64,000 nt of DNA from Basidiobolus meristosporus CBS 931.73 (lineage: Eukaryota; Fungi; Basidiobolomycota). The stretch is from NCBI GenBank assembly GCA_002104905.1, contig MCFE01000017.1:124001-188000 (forward strand), read 5' to 3'. Shown one piece after another: positions 25,192 through 40,552 of the stretch. A program made the position numbers and the translations under genes. How positions within the stretch are numbered: the stretch's first letter is position 1; the number at the start of each line of letters is the position of its first letter. The notes beneath the pieces were generated by a model, which worked only from the letters and a program-made list of their open reading frames with translations, did not search any database and was not told where the DNA came from.

Positions 25192-27282
25192 ATGGTTGAA
25201 ACTCGCCCGTATGGTGCTTGGGAAAGTCCCCTGTCCGCTTCTCTACTGGCTTCTGCCTCGTCAGCGATAGGTGATGTCCAGGTGGAGCCCACCACAAACA
25301 CCATTTACTGGGTCGAGTCCCGTCCCAAAGAGAAAGGACGTAACGTTTTGGTTTGTAAACAACTGGGCTCTACCGACAAAGCTACCGAAGTGACACCTTC
25401 AGAATACAGTGTTCGAACACGTAAGGGCTCAACTTGCCTTGGAGTCTTCCTTCCCCAACGAGGTCTAATGTGACAATTTTTAGGTGTGCACGAATATGGT
25501 GACGGTTCCTTTAGTGTGAAGGGCCAGACAGTGGTATTCTCAAACGATCACGATTTCCGCCTTTACAAGGTCTCAATGGATGACCCTGGTCGTTTCTTCC
25601 CCGTCACTCCGGAGAACAAAAAGCTCCGCTTCGCTAGCGCGGAGATCCACCCCAGCGGGAACTATTTGGTTTGTGTGCAGGAAAAGCATAGCGAGTCCGA
25701 TAGTCCTGACGAAGTCGTGAACACTCTGGTGTATGTCAGATTGGACCTTCCTGAAGGCCAATTCGAGATAGGCGAGTTGGCAAGTGGACACGACTTCTAT
25801 TCAACCCCGAGGTTTAATCCCAGCAACTTGAGTCAGATTGCGTACATCGCCTGGGATCATCCGAACATGGTTTGGGATCATACGCAGCTGAGTTTGCTGA
25901 CCATCGAAGAAAATGCTGGAAAGATCACCAAGAAAGAAGACAGGAAATTGGTGGGCGATGAAGAGAGTATTGTGCAACCAAGATTCTCGGCTGACGGGTC
26001 GCTGCATTTTGTATCGGACAAACCAGGATTCTGGAACCTCTTCGAATACGATATTCAACAAAGTAAGCCTAAGCTGGTGCTGAAGGAGCCTTTGGATCTT
26101 GAGTTTGGTGTTCCTGAATGGACATTTGGTTGCTCCAACTATGCGCATCTTCTATCGGATCCGTCAAAGATAGTGGCGACCTGCGCTAACCAAGGGACCT
26201 CTCAGCTTCAGTTCATTGACTCGAAGGCCCAAACGATGACTGAGCTGTCCACTCCATATACTGTGATATCCAAATTGCACACCTTGCACAGCCCCAGTGA
26301 CAAGCAAGATCTTGTTGTATTCACTGGAGGAAGCCCAAGCCAGGAGATGGAGCTCGTGGTGTACAGCATCTCCCAGCAGAAGGTGCTCCAAAAGTTGACT
26401 GAGAAAGAAACGCCCGAGGATGAACGGATCCCTGAATCCATCATCTCAACTCCCGAGGCGATTACCTTCCAATCAGGGAACAATCAAGTAGCTTATGGCT
26501 ATTACTATCCACCCAAGAATGACCGATTCAAAGCCCCTGAGGGTGAGCTGCCACCTCTCTTGACTCTTACCCACGGCGGCCCCACCTCACAGTCCTACGC
26601 CTACTTCAACCCAAAGATCCTCTACTGGACCTCTCGCGGGTTTGCTGTAGTAGATGTGAATTACAGTGGCAGCTCTGGCTACGGTAGAGAGTTCCGACAG
26701 AGGCTGCAAGGAAATTGGGGACTTGCCGACATCGAGGACTGTTGCAACGCAGCCAAGTACCTGGTCGATCGTGGCTCGGTTGATTCCAAGCGGTTGTCGA
26801 TTGCCGGTGGCTCTGCTGGTGGCTATACAACATTAGCTTGCCTTACCTTCCGTCCAGAAGTGTTCAGCGCCGGTGCCAGTCACTACGGAATTAGTGATCT
26901 GGAGCTCTTGGCACAGGACACCCACAAATTCGAGTCCAGATATATGGATCGACTCATCGGCCCCTATCCGGAAGCCAAACAGACCTACCACGACAGATCA
27001 CCCATCCACTATGTCAATGACATTCAGAACTCCCTGATATTCTTCCAGGGCTTGGAAGATAAGGTTGTTCCTCCGAACCAAGCTGAATTCATGGTGAATG
27101 CGCTGAAGAAAAACAAAGTGCCTGTTGCGTATGTTACTTTCGAGGGTGAGCAACACGGATTCAGAATGTCCGAAAACATTAAGCGCGCCAGCGAAGCACA
27201 ACTCTGGTTCCTGGGGCAAATATTCGGCTTCAGCCCAGCCGATACCATTGAGCCAGTGGAAATCCACAACTTCACTAAATAA
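25192..27282 (+). CDS. S9 family (prolyl oligopeptidase/acylaminoacyl) peptidase; exons 25192-25420, 25484-27282
   Basis: PYGAWESP, RTRVHEYG, HGGPT, GGSAGGY nucleophile elbow, QGLEDKVV, GEQHGFR. Confidence 0.95.
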
Positions 27283-27392
27283 GCTGTAATACCTTGGAAC
27301 GAATAAATTCCTCTTGATCACGACGTCGAATAGATGTTTGTTTATTGATTTGTTTTAACATAGCCTCAACAGCGCGTGAAGTCTAAACACAC

Positions 27393-28299
<907 letters not shown>

Positions 28300-28676
28300 G
28301 AGGGAGGGACAAACTATGGGTGATGTTATGCAAGCGCTAAAGGAAATCAGCAATAAACCCAACCCGTGCCCTCTCAGGTAAATCATTCGTAGGATGCAAA
28401 TCTGCTTAGAATGATTCAACATTTACGGGTAATTTGCATAACTCGGGGTATTACCCACCAGGAGTTGATCCTGATCCGATGTGGTTAATTACGTGGGGTG
28501 GTTACGTTAATGACTACTCATTGTTTAATCCTTGAAATTACGGTAAATACTTGGTGATGGAATTATGGGAAATCTAAGATACTAAAATCATATTGGATAG
28601 CGATATAATACATTCAGTGAAGTGCAGTCAGTCAACTCGAAACAACCTCAGCTTGGCAAACCTGTATATATGTACA

Positions 28677-29054
28677 TCAGTCGTCATTGGTCTTGTGGGA
28701 AGGTCTCCCAAGCATGCTATCACGTGTGCTCTCGGCGGCGGCGAGGATGGGATTAACCTGGGTTTCATCCACCCCATGATCCAGCAGCGCTTTCTTCAGG
28801 TTCTCCAGGACTGCATCGAAATGGTGATCCTGTAGCCCAAGGTGTCGGTGATTCATACTCATTATCTTTTTGTTTATGCCTGAACCATTCAATGCATAGG
28901 TGAGAAACCTGGTCTGCATGTATTTCAGAGCCTTTATGTCAATCCTTTTGAAAAACCGATTTATCCGGTCATCGGCGAGGTTGTACTGATAGAATGTTGC
29001 AACGACGGGGGTGAGTGAAGCCTCATCAAAAGTGGGCGGAGCTGAAGGCTTCAT
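28677..29054 (-). CDS. Group I truncated (2/2) haemoglobin, trHbN-like, intronless
   Basis: VATFY (B9-B10), RINRFF (CD1), ALKYMQTRFL (E7 Leu, E11 Gln), proximal His in MNHRHLGLQDHHFDAV. TATA on the minus strand at 29098-29104 favours the ATG at 29054. Confidence 0.9.
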   Translation of the reverse strand: MKPSAPPTFDEASLTPVVATFYQYNLADDRINRFFKRIDIKALKYMQTRFLTYALNGSGINKKIMSMNHRHLGLQDHHFDAVLENLKKALLDHGVDETQVNPILAAAESTRDSMLGRPSHKTNDD

Positions 29055-30334
29055 TGGTAAAAGATGAAAGTTGGCCATCACCATCCATCCCAGGCTCTTA
29101 TATAGGTCGTATTGGAGCCACGTTTGTATGCCAAATGCCCGAATATAGGCAACAAAGATACCTGCCTTCTTTAGATGGCGGTGATAGATTGTGTAATAAA
29201 CTACTGATTCAGCTCAGCACAATGAAGCGATCATCAGGCAACTCCCCGATAAACCACCAGTCTTGCTGTATATAGCTAACAATCCCACCGGAATTGGTCA
29301 TTTGCGCTCGATCAGCTGTTTCCTGACTTGGCATTCCCCAACCATTATCAAGCAGGGAATCAGGATAGTTTTCTCTTCCACGACCCATCAAGTCCAATGA
29401 ATCTGGAGCCGCGTTTGTATATGAAAATTCCCGAAGAACGAGTGTGCGTTGTTCTCTTTGGTCAAGATGTCAAATCTTCCCAACTGTATCGAATTGTACA
29501 ATGGTATCGGCCGATGATTGGCCGGGATCCTATTCTCGTGTAAGCAGCAACACCTTTCATTTTACATGCCTTGTTGGTGGTGTGCCACACTACCAGCTAG
29601 GAAGGTGGGTTGGGGATTCGGTATCAGATTCGACACTGTTATCTCGCATATGGTGCGACATCGGATTAATCGATTATTCGGCTGTAGTCAATCCATACGG
29701 GTCAGTTTAGGAGTGCCACTAGTCAGATGTGATTCTTTATTTGAAAGTGCTTTCAGGAGTTGAGGTGGACTTCACTATGGAGTCAAGGAATGAGTGAATC
29801 AGACATATCCAAGAGAAACCAATGTAGTCAGCGATGGTTGTAACGTTAACCAGGCTGGAAGGCAGTGCTGTAGAGGCCATAATGCCCGAACTCTCACGAA
29901 TTGTTATTGACTCGGTACAATTAAGGAGTAACACACCTTACATCCTTACATAGGGGGGGGGGTGTATTGTCATTCTTCCAACTTGCACAGATCATGCTGG
30001 TCCGATTTGGTGGTGCGCCTGGCTTCAATAGCTTAGACAGATCTGCCCCAAGTCTGTCTAATTCTAATTCATCGAGAGCAGGGATAGTCTCTGTATACGT
30101 AATGAATAGAAAGTCATTCAATAGGCGAGAGAGTGCTGCTTTGTATTGGCTCAGTGATTGCTCTTCAGACCGGTTTTTGTTGAATCAAGCCAGCATCTAT
30201 TTAAATTACCTTGGATCCTCTGAAATGTGCTATCAACTCTACCATAGTTTCTTCTCACCCCAAAGAAGTATAATTTACTACACTTTTTGGAGCATATCAT
30301 TGATCTGATCGAAGGTTGTCTATCTTCCGAAAGC

Positions 30335-31295
30335 ATGTCAAGGACATCGTTCATTTCAATCGCCAGCGTTGATAGTACGCGAATGCTCTATCTTTCAGAG
30401 AGCTGCAAAGACGTGTTAGGGTTCTCTGGACAGCAATGGGTAGGCCAGAGCGCAAATCATTGGTTTCATCCAGAGGACCGTGGTGGCCTTGGCCTTGTAA
30501 TTCAAACTTGTGCGGAGCTCCAGAAGATTGCAACTCTAATCTACACCCGAGTTCTCTCCGCGGATGGATACGTCCTCTTGGAAGCATCGTTCAATTATTG
30601 CTATGATATCATAGTATCATCGAACAGACTTCTAAAGGAGGATGATTACAACGCATTGTTTGGTACGTCGTTCAACATAGCACTTTCCATCATAGCCAGC
30701 TAACCAGAATACACCCTAATCTTTGCACATTGAAGACAGAACATGTCTAGCTGAGGATATCATCACTATCCTGAACGCCAAAGACATCCATGTATTGGTA
30801 AGCGCTATATGTTCACACTGGAGTGTCCTTCGTTGCTGACTCTATTCGGTTGTCGACCTTCAGGGAAACCCCAATATTTTCTGTTCTTCAAGAGAACTAC
30901 GACAGGTGCTCTCGCTGACCGATTCATTACCACCCAATTCACCACTTGAGCAACGGGTTTGTATAGTGGTGAACCATAACGTAGAAGATTACACCATCGA
31001 GTATTGCTCTGCCCTGGCTACCGAGATACTTGGCACCTCCCCGGAAGAACTAATAGGGACCTCTTTCTTTGAGTATGTGCAATACGGCAGTATGGCCGAG
31101 GTTCGGGAGGAGCTACGTGACATTGTTGCCGAACAATCGGTGGGGAACAAGATCGAGTTCACCTGGATCAGCAAGACTTTTCAGCAAGTGGAACTGGAAG
31201 CCATCATCACGCACACTGATGACGGGCTTATATTTATTTCGCGAATACTGGACCACAACGACTTCTTCCTTCCTATACTAGAGGCATTTCAATAA
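30335..31295 (+). CDS. Two-PAS-domain protein with no output domain; exons 30335-30662, 30736-30797, 30864-31295
   Basis: PAS1 RMLYLSESCKDVLGFSGQQWVGQSANHWFHPED; PAS2 IEYCSALATEILGTSPEELIGTSFFEYV. Introns join in frame. Confidence 0.85.
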
Positions 31296-32040
31296 CGAAA
31301 CCAGACAAAACCAACACTTAAACAATAAAATAAAAACTTGTATTTTCTGCTCTACACCACTCAGAGAGATTCATTAAATGAGCTGTGGAAGGGGCCAAGC
31401 ATGACGCTGTTTTGTGGGGACCTATTTATGGAAGGTGGGTGAAACAACCTCATGAACCAACTAACCCCACTTGCCCTTTTTTAACAATCTCGTATCGGCC
31501 CTCATATCGGTTCTTATTAATGGATGATTATTCCGTATAGTGCGAATTGAACAATTAACCAACAATGGGCTTCTTCGCATCACCGGGCATAATCGACAAT
31601 GGTTGCATGGAAGTTCGTCCCCGTTATATAGCCTGGGGCAGCCTATGATGTTGTGCTTCGCTTTGTAGTTGCTCCTGCTAATTCCTAACCTAATCTAAAC
31701 CCTAACCAATCCTTACTAACCCTCTAACCCCGGTCCTCATAGGAATTGATTTGGAGATAAAGGTATGCGGAAATGTCGCGGAAATCATGCGATTCCGATC
31801 CCAATCAGGAGTGGTCAGTCTAATTTGTTTGGTGAGCTCTCTAGGTCCTGTTCCCACAGTTCTTGTGACTTAAGGCAAAGGATTTCTCTCAACTTTTGCT
31901 GTGGAAGTGTAGCTGAGGGATTGCCGAGTTGAATAGAATTTGAGTGTGAAGCCCTCGGGATATTCCTGCTTGGTTACTCACGTAGACTCCACGACAGCCT
32001 CTTTAGGTCAAGCTCCCAATCGGGTTGAAACTTTCGTGAT

Positions 32041-34210
<2,170 letters not shown>

Positions 34211-34446
34211 GCGAACATGACTATTCAGACCATATAACATGTATATAGCAACTCTCGCTTCTCAGCGACATATCTCATTCATCGATTCGGTTGAAAATTT
34301 GCTTCTCTGCACAGCTTAATTGCTCGATCGAATAAACATCAATCTTGTACATTAATCAGTCAATGTGGATTCTGCTGACTAAAGAATCGGCCTTTATTTA
34401 CAGAATTGGATCGCGCTATTGCAGGCCAGCTTTCTAGATAGTACTT

Positions 34447-35842
34447 CTACTCCCATTGGTAGATTGATCCGTCCACCGATGCAGAAAGTAGCTTCGACAC
34501 CTTGGGATGATAGCTGATAGAGGTTACCACCTTGGTATGCTTGCGAAGAACAGCAGCGGAGCGTCCCTGTGAGAAAGGTTTAGGTTGATTTTGGCTCATG
34601 TAGTGGTGAATTTGTTGTAACGTTACCTCAAGCAAGTCCCAAATGTGGATTGTACCATCCTCAGACCCACTAACCACATAGGCATCGGTGTTGGTCAGGG
34701 TGCTCTGTATCTTGTAATCATGGTTCACGTGGCCCTTGAAGCTGGATTATGGCGTCATGTTAGTTTTCTTCGCCTGCAGCGGAATCCTATCAACAGTACT
34801 TACTCGTTCAATAAGGTGCCGCTTTCTTTGTCAAACAGTCGAATCACGTCATCTAGTGTACTTGCTAAGATGCAATTCTCGTCGTTTGAGAAGCAAACGG
34901 ATGTGACAGGTTCTTGGGAGCAACAATTGAGTCAGTTGAATGTTATGTCGTCCGACTCGATGATTGGAAGATTCTACATACGAGCTACAGTGTCCGTCCT
35001 CAATTCCCCTTTTCGTAAATCGTAAACACGTATGTTTCCATCAATTGACCTAATCTGCATTAGCTACGAGTCCCTGATGAATGATATGGAATGTCATAAC
35101 CTACCCGGTCACTATCTCATGGTTTTTGATTTGAAGTGAGGATACGGAATCTTTTGCTTCGTCTAGTATCTGAATAGGGTGTCGACCGGAAGATCTAAAT
35201 TGATGATAAGTACCGTAGTGGACTTGACATGGATCCTGTAACTATCCCATTTACCTACAATCCCACAAACGAACAGAAGCATCGTAGGAGCCTAAGAGCA
35301 GTTATTAAACAATTTTCTCAAGAGGCCATATTAACGTCTATACGTACCGCTAGCGATCACGGTAGCATCGAAATTGAAGTCAACACAGTTAATTCTCTAA
35401 GATATGGAGAGCATTTTAGTCAACATTCTCCCAAGATAGGTGATGCCCACTCTGCATTACGTGGAAATGACCGGAAAACTTGCGTATGATATGTCCTGTG
35501 GTAACATCCCATAGAAAAGCTGATTTATCCCCACCGCAAGAGGTGAATTTCGAGTTGTCTGAAGCTCTGCAAGTTTGAGACGTTAAGAATCGAATGGACA
35601 CGGACACCAGACGTAACCTAACTTGCTTACATAGAGATGTCTAACACTTCCCAACCATGGCCTTCGTATGTTTTGATGCACTTGCCAGAAGTTGGATTCC
35701 ACAGTTTGATCTGGCGATCCTGGCCTCCACTGAAACAGTACTCCCCCTGAATGTTGTACCTAATACAATGAACTGAACCACGATGCCCGATCAGCTCGAC
35801 GTCCACAGCTTTCGGGAGTACATTTCTTTTGGGCCCGGACAT
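34447..35842 (-). CDS. WDR83: WD40 protein WDR83/MORG1 (multi-exon)
   Basis: GHRGSVHCIRYN..GEYCFSGGQDRQIKLWNP, DNSKFTSCGGDKSAFLWDV, RVYDLRKG, FKGHVNHDYKI, VVSGSEDG. Confidence 0.9.
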
Positions 35843-36067
35843 GTGTGAACGGCTTAAACAAGATACGAGTTATGCCAGCTTAGAACAAGACTGAATGCAA
35901 TTATTATTAGAGTTCATCATCTACTTTGTTCAGAGACAATTTTTCGGATCAAATGAAAGATTTATATCGGAGTTTAATCGACTCGGTTAGATCTTTTGAT
36001 TTTATGTTTGTATTTACCCAAGATACTCCGATTGCAACAGCTTCACCTTCCCCAACTCCACTCACGC

Positions 36068-36709
36068 ATGCCTTTTACTCAACTGTCCCCTCGGCATATC
36101 TCTCAGTTGTTAAAGTTGCAGAGTATTAAACAGATCTTTGGCAGACTGCCAATACACACTTTGGAAAGGTCTGAAGTGGCGCAATCCTTGAAACCAAGAG
36201 TCAATCCTCAAACAACGCGATACATTTCTTGCTCACCATATACCTCCATAAGTCTTTACTCGCCCCGCCAACAATTCTCGACCCAACGTATCCTAAGTAG
36301 CCAAGCAAAAGAACGGCCTTTCGACACCAAGAACGACCCCACCGATAGCGAGACAGACGCCCCTTGTACCGGGGACTCCAAACATTCCAACAGGGCATTG
36401 TTTATTCCCTGGACAGAAGAAGAAATAGCAGCACTCAAAGAGCATGCCCCCCGATATCGGTACAACTGGAGCGAAGTAGCAAACCATATCCCAGAGAGGA
36501 GCGCTACCGCCTGTAAATACTATTGGAAAAAACTCAAAATGAAACCCTACGTAACAGGCCCCTGGACCCCAGCAGAGGACGAGATCTTGAAGAAACTCAT
36601 CGAAGAAGAGGGAACCATCAATCAGTGGCACAAATTCGCCAAGGTGCTTGGAAGAAGACCCCGAGACTGTTTATCTAGAGTCAAATATATATTTCACACA
36701 CAAATGTAA
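36068..36709 (+). CDS. Two-repeat Myb/SANT protein with a mitochondrial-presequence-like N-terminus
   Basis: WTEEEIAALKEH...NWSEVANHIPERSATACKYYW and GPWTPAEDEILKKL...QWHKFAKVLGRRPRDC. The N-terminal 75 or so aa are R/K/S/L-rich and almost free of acidic residues. Confidence 0.8.
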   Translation: MPFTQLSPRHISQLLKLQSIKQIFGRLPIHTLERSEVAQSLKPRVNPQTTRYISCSPYTSISLYSPRQQFSTQRILSSQAKERPFDTKNDPTDSETDAPCTGDSKHSNRALFIPWTEEEIAALKEHAPRYRYNWSEVANHIPERSATACKYYWKKLKMKPYVTGPWTPAEDEILKKLIEEEGTINQWHKFAKVLGRRPRDCLSRVKYIFHTQM

Positions 36710-37145
36710 TAAAAACTTCATCCACTCTATCTATCCACAGACACACTGAGGGATTGGGAATTTTCTTGGAATCAGCAATCGCCCACCATCCCAGCGTCAT
36801 GCCCACCCAATGGCCACAACAATCCGTAGATTCAGATTTCCTCATCTCATCAGTCGAATGGCGTTTCTTGCTCGTTGGATGATTCATTCTGAGGTGGTTT
36901 ATCTTCCAGTGAGTAATCCTTGATTATCTGCAATGGAACGCATTCCCCAATTTTCGAGAAACAAGATTGGTAGCGATACGTCCAGCTTCCATATAAGTAG
37001 ATTGTTTTGGGGAAGGGGATTACGGGGTGTAACGATGATTTAGTTTATCGTTGCTGTGAATTGAGTAACCATGAAATCGGGTTTGGACCGCACTCACGGA
37101 GAGCTATAAATACCCGTGGCGGACTCGAGCATCCTCATCATTACA

Positions 37146-37367
37146 ATGAACGGACCATACAATACAAAGAATCTTTGCCCAGCATGCCTGAACAAGGTCC
37201 AATGCGCTCTACATTCGCCTCAGGCCCAACCCAATCATTACAACGCCACTCCTCATTTTTCCCACAGCGAAAGGGATGCGATGGTAGAGCTATTCTTCGC
37301 CGTGCATGGCCATAACGCTCCCTCTACCGGCGGTGCCTCAACATATCGGAAATATCCACTTCAATGA
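37146..37367 (+). CDS. Small 73-aa protein with a CxxC-x5-C-x2-H motif
   Basis: TATAAATA at 37105-37112, ATG in acaATG context, MNGPYNTKNLCPACLNKVQCALH...; no recognised family. Confidence 0.4.
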   Translation: MNGPYNTKNLCPACLNKVQCALHSPQAQPNHYNATPHFSHSERDAMVELFFAVHGHNAPSTGGASTYRKYPLQ

Positions 37368-37863
37368 TGGAATGCTGGTCCAGTCCTATTAACCCGAAGC
37401 CTGCCATGACTGTGATAATTGGTTTCTTCCTTCCCACTCATGTATATTATTACCAGTGTTCATAGCCACCTGTAATTATTAATTTTGACCTAATCAGCAA
37501 ATATAAACCATCTAAATGTTGACTCTCCAACCATCGTACAGATTGTGGGGCTGCCCATGCTTGATTGGACTATTCCTCGAGATCCAGCTTATCTATTCCA
37601 TACACCCGCACCACCGTAACAACCGTAGCCTGTTTAGCCAAGAAAGCTACTCTGTATGATGTACAACGTAGCCAAGTTGAGGGTATGGGGTTGGTTTCAT
37701 GCTAATGTGGTTCGATGTTCTAGGGAGTTTCACTCAGTTTATTACGCTACGTATTTAAAGCTCTCTAGGAATTTATGTGGAAGATATGTCATGAAGATCC
37801 GGTCTGATTTATATATGTAAAAGGAGATTCAAAGAAGCAGTGAGAAAGGGGAAGGTAGCCTGC

Positions 37864-39022
37864 CTAATCGGTGCACCTGACGTGATCGTCATCGATTGTG
37901 GAGTAAAGGTGGCCTTCACCAACCAACCATTCGATAGCTTGACTAGAATACATCAGGGATAGGGATTAGTGCTTGCGTGGGGCCAAATAAACAACCATGG
38001 TCCGATATTTACCTAATTTCCGCTCTTCCGAACTGGCTTGATAGCTTTTGCGCGATGCTTTCTACATGAACACCTTCATTTGTATCAGGGAAAGATTTGA
38101 TGGCGTAAATGATCGCCTTATGAGAGGGTTTGAATTCATTGCCATAGACGGGTTCTGGTTGTTTGTATGCCTGATTTCCGTACTGTCCAGTTGGGTTGAA
38201 TGGATCTCCAGAGAAGCTGGGTTGGTAGCCTTGCTCGCCCTCATGCTTGACCTGTAAGCGATAGTGATTAGCAGGAGGAAATGAAGAAAAGCAAATGGTT
38301 AGATATGAGTAGATACATACACTAGGGTTCCGGGTGCGGAACAGGTGGACATATACGACTTCAAGAAAATGATGGGTAATTTCGTTGTAATCCTCAATAG
38401 GACGCATAGAGAATGCTACCACGTGTCTTTTGCTCGCGAATTGCTTGAACTGGCCTACTACCCTAACATATATCCCCTCTCTAGAAAATTCCTTAGTAAA
38501 TACATATGCACCTAAAGGGAAACTACTCCGAAATACAAGTCTGTTCACATACACTAATTGCGCACGCTTTTGTTGCTGAATCTCGTTGTCATCGTTCTCG
38601 AGCCAAGTACGAACATCGATCGAACCAGTACCATCCTCTACAATGTAAGAGACGTTCGTGGATTGCTCGGATTGGCGGCGGATTATACCAATAAATGTGA
38701 TCTACAAAAGAGCGATCGACTGTGAGCAATCTTGAAGATCAAGTAAGGACTTATTGAAAAGGCTACCTGGGACAATTCGTGCTCATCTACTTTAAAGGGC
38801 GCGTCCGCGTGTATCTGTGTCGCTTCGAGTAGTTGTTTGATGGACACTGGGGTGAGGTTTTGAGCAGCAGCACCACCGCGCTGCAATAAGAAGGTTTAGT
38901 AAAAAAAGAAAAGAATCCAACAAGTCGAGTAGTACCTTAGTTCCGGTGGGAGTAGAAGCAGATTCCCCGAAGGGAGAGCTCAAGAACCCACCTCCACCTT
39001 CGTAGCCGTTCTCGTAATGCAT
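37864..39022 (-). CDS. RFA2: Replication protein A 32-kDa subunit (multi-exon)
   Basis: GGGGFLSSPF, LTPVSIKQLLEA, YVRVVGQFKQF...VVAFSMRPIEDYNEITHHFLEV, winged helix EGVHVESI...AIEWLVGEGHLYSTIDDDH. Confidence 0.93.
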
Positions 39023-39181
39023 GGTAGTGTTTTTGATGAATCAAAGTAAACCTTACTAATTGATAACAAATTGCGTATTTATCATTCAAATTGCTTTTTG
39101 ATCTAAACAATTCAAAAACAAACAAAAGCCAATCCAACCATTGATGATGAAGGAAATATGGATCTAAACATGATAGAGTGA

Positions 39182-40301
39182 CTAGTAGTAGACTTTGAGG
39201 GAAGTTCTAATTGGCGCCCTACACAGAGGGCAATCCCGGATCTCCAGGGTGCATTGAGCACAAGTGTGGAAGTGGCCGCAGTCCTGAAGGATGGTATCCC
39301 GCTTCTTTGTTAGGCATATTATACACATCTCGGGGTCGTACTCACTGGATATAGTGCCTTTACGTGCTTTTACTATCTTTCGCAACATCATTCGCTCGCT
39401 CCATGATTTGTATTTCGACACTATGTAGGGATACGCTCTTCTACCAATCAAAAGCCCCAAAATGGCTGCGGAGGTCATGGATATCCACCAGAATATTCTG
39501 GCTGTGTTTGCCTGTCCATGTAGGAACTTTTTGAAGCTTTCTCGAGTCAAAATAAAGGGAAGCTTAGGATCATCCGGGGGAACCAAATCCAATATCATAT
39601 CGTTGGAGGAGCTCTGTGCTGATAACTGACCAAGAACTGTCAAAGAGCTTCCAACAGGGAGGATTTTGTGTGTAGTCTGAATACCAATGGGCTTTTCACC
39701 CTGAAGATACTCCATAGCAGACTGGCCAAAACTGTTAGCTAAAGTTGGCTGAAATTGAGTGTTGAGGGGCTCTAGGCTTAGTTTGCTTGCTAGCAGCTCT
39801 ACATCAAACTCTGGAACATTAATGGACAGCCCATGCGGGATCTTGTTGATAATTCGGAAGGACACCCCACGAATCGCATTGTCGATATTTTCACTTTCGG
39901 TAACCCTACAAAGACACAATTGCTGGTCAGGTTTTGTGAGCGAGATGCAGTGCTGGAGCGATTTTTGATTACCAACGTAAGAAAAGATTGTCCCAACGTG
40001 AAAATACCCTGTCAACCGTTGTCTGGATTCCACGCATCAGAACGCACTAGGTTAATTTCTGGAAAACAAATCTCGAGGAGGGTTCTCTTACCTCCTGGAT
40101 GACCCCGATAATCTTTCCTGAGCTATTTTCTACCTCTATTTTATCTTGCAACAAAGCTACCTTCCCTTCAATCCTGACATAATCTCCTGGCACTGCTTCT
40201 TCCAGCGGTTTGGCCGATACAATGGAGGCTATTCTATCCAAAGACACTCGATATCCATAGTAAAACAAAGCTGAAACAACTGAAGTCAAAGCTATATCCA
40301 T
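39182..40301 (-). CDS. MUL1: GIDE-domain RING E3 ligase, MUL1/MAPL/SP1-like (3 exons)
   Basis: N-terminal TM, YVRIEGKV...GVIQ, GEKPIGIQTTHKILPVGSSLTVLGQL, second TM (FWWISMTSAAILGLLI), RING CIIC...DCGH..TC..C...CPLCR. Confidence 0.8.
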
Positions 40302-40552
40302 GTGGCTATGACAGCTTGGAGAATACTGAGGGAAGGTTGAGGAAATGATTTGGCACGATTTTCGAGCTCATCAAAATTAGCCACCAATGCAATGACTGAT
40401 TCGGAGATATATTCTGTATCTTTGACCATAATGGAACCAGAAATTATCAAGAACTCCTTAGAAAAGCTTTGTACATTAAAAATTAAATGGAAGCGGGTAA
40501 GATAGTAAAGCAACAAAATCGAACTACACACAATATAAATATCATCCACATA

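Noticed and set aside
29100-30330. Short ORFs between the globin and PAS genes
   Set aside because: Overlapping ORFs on both strands with no recognisable domain.
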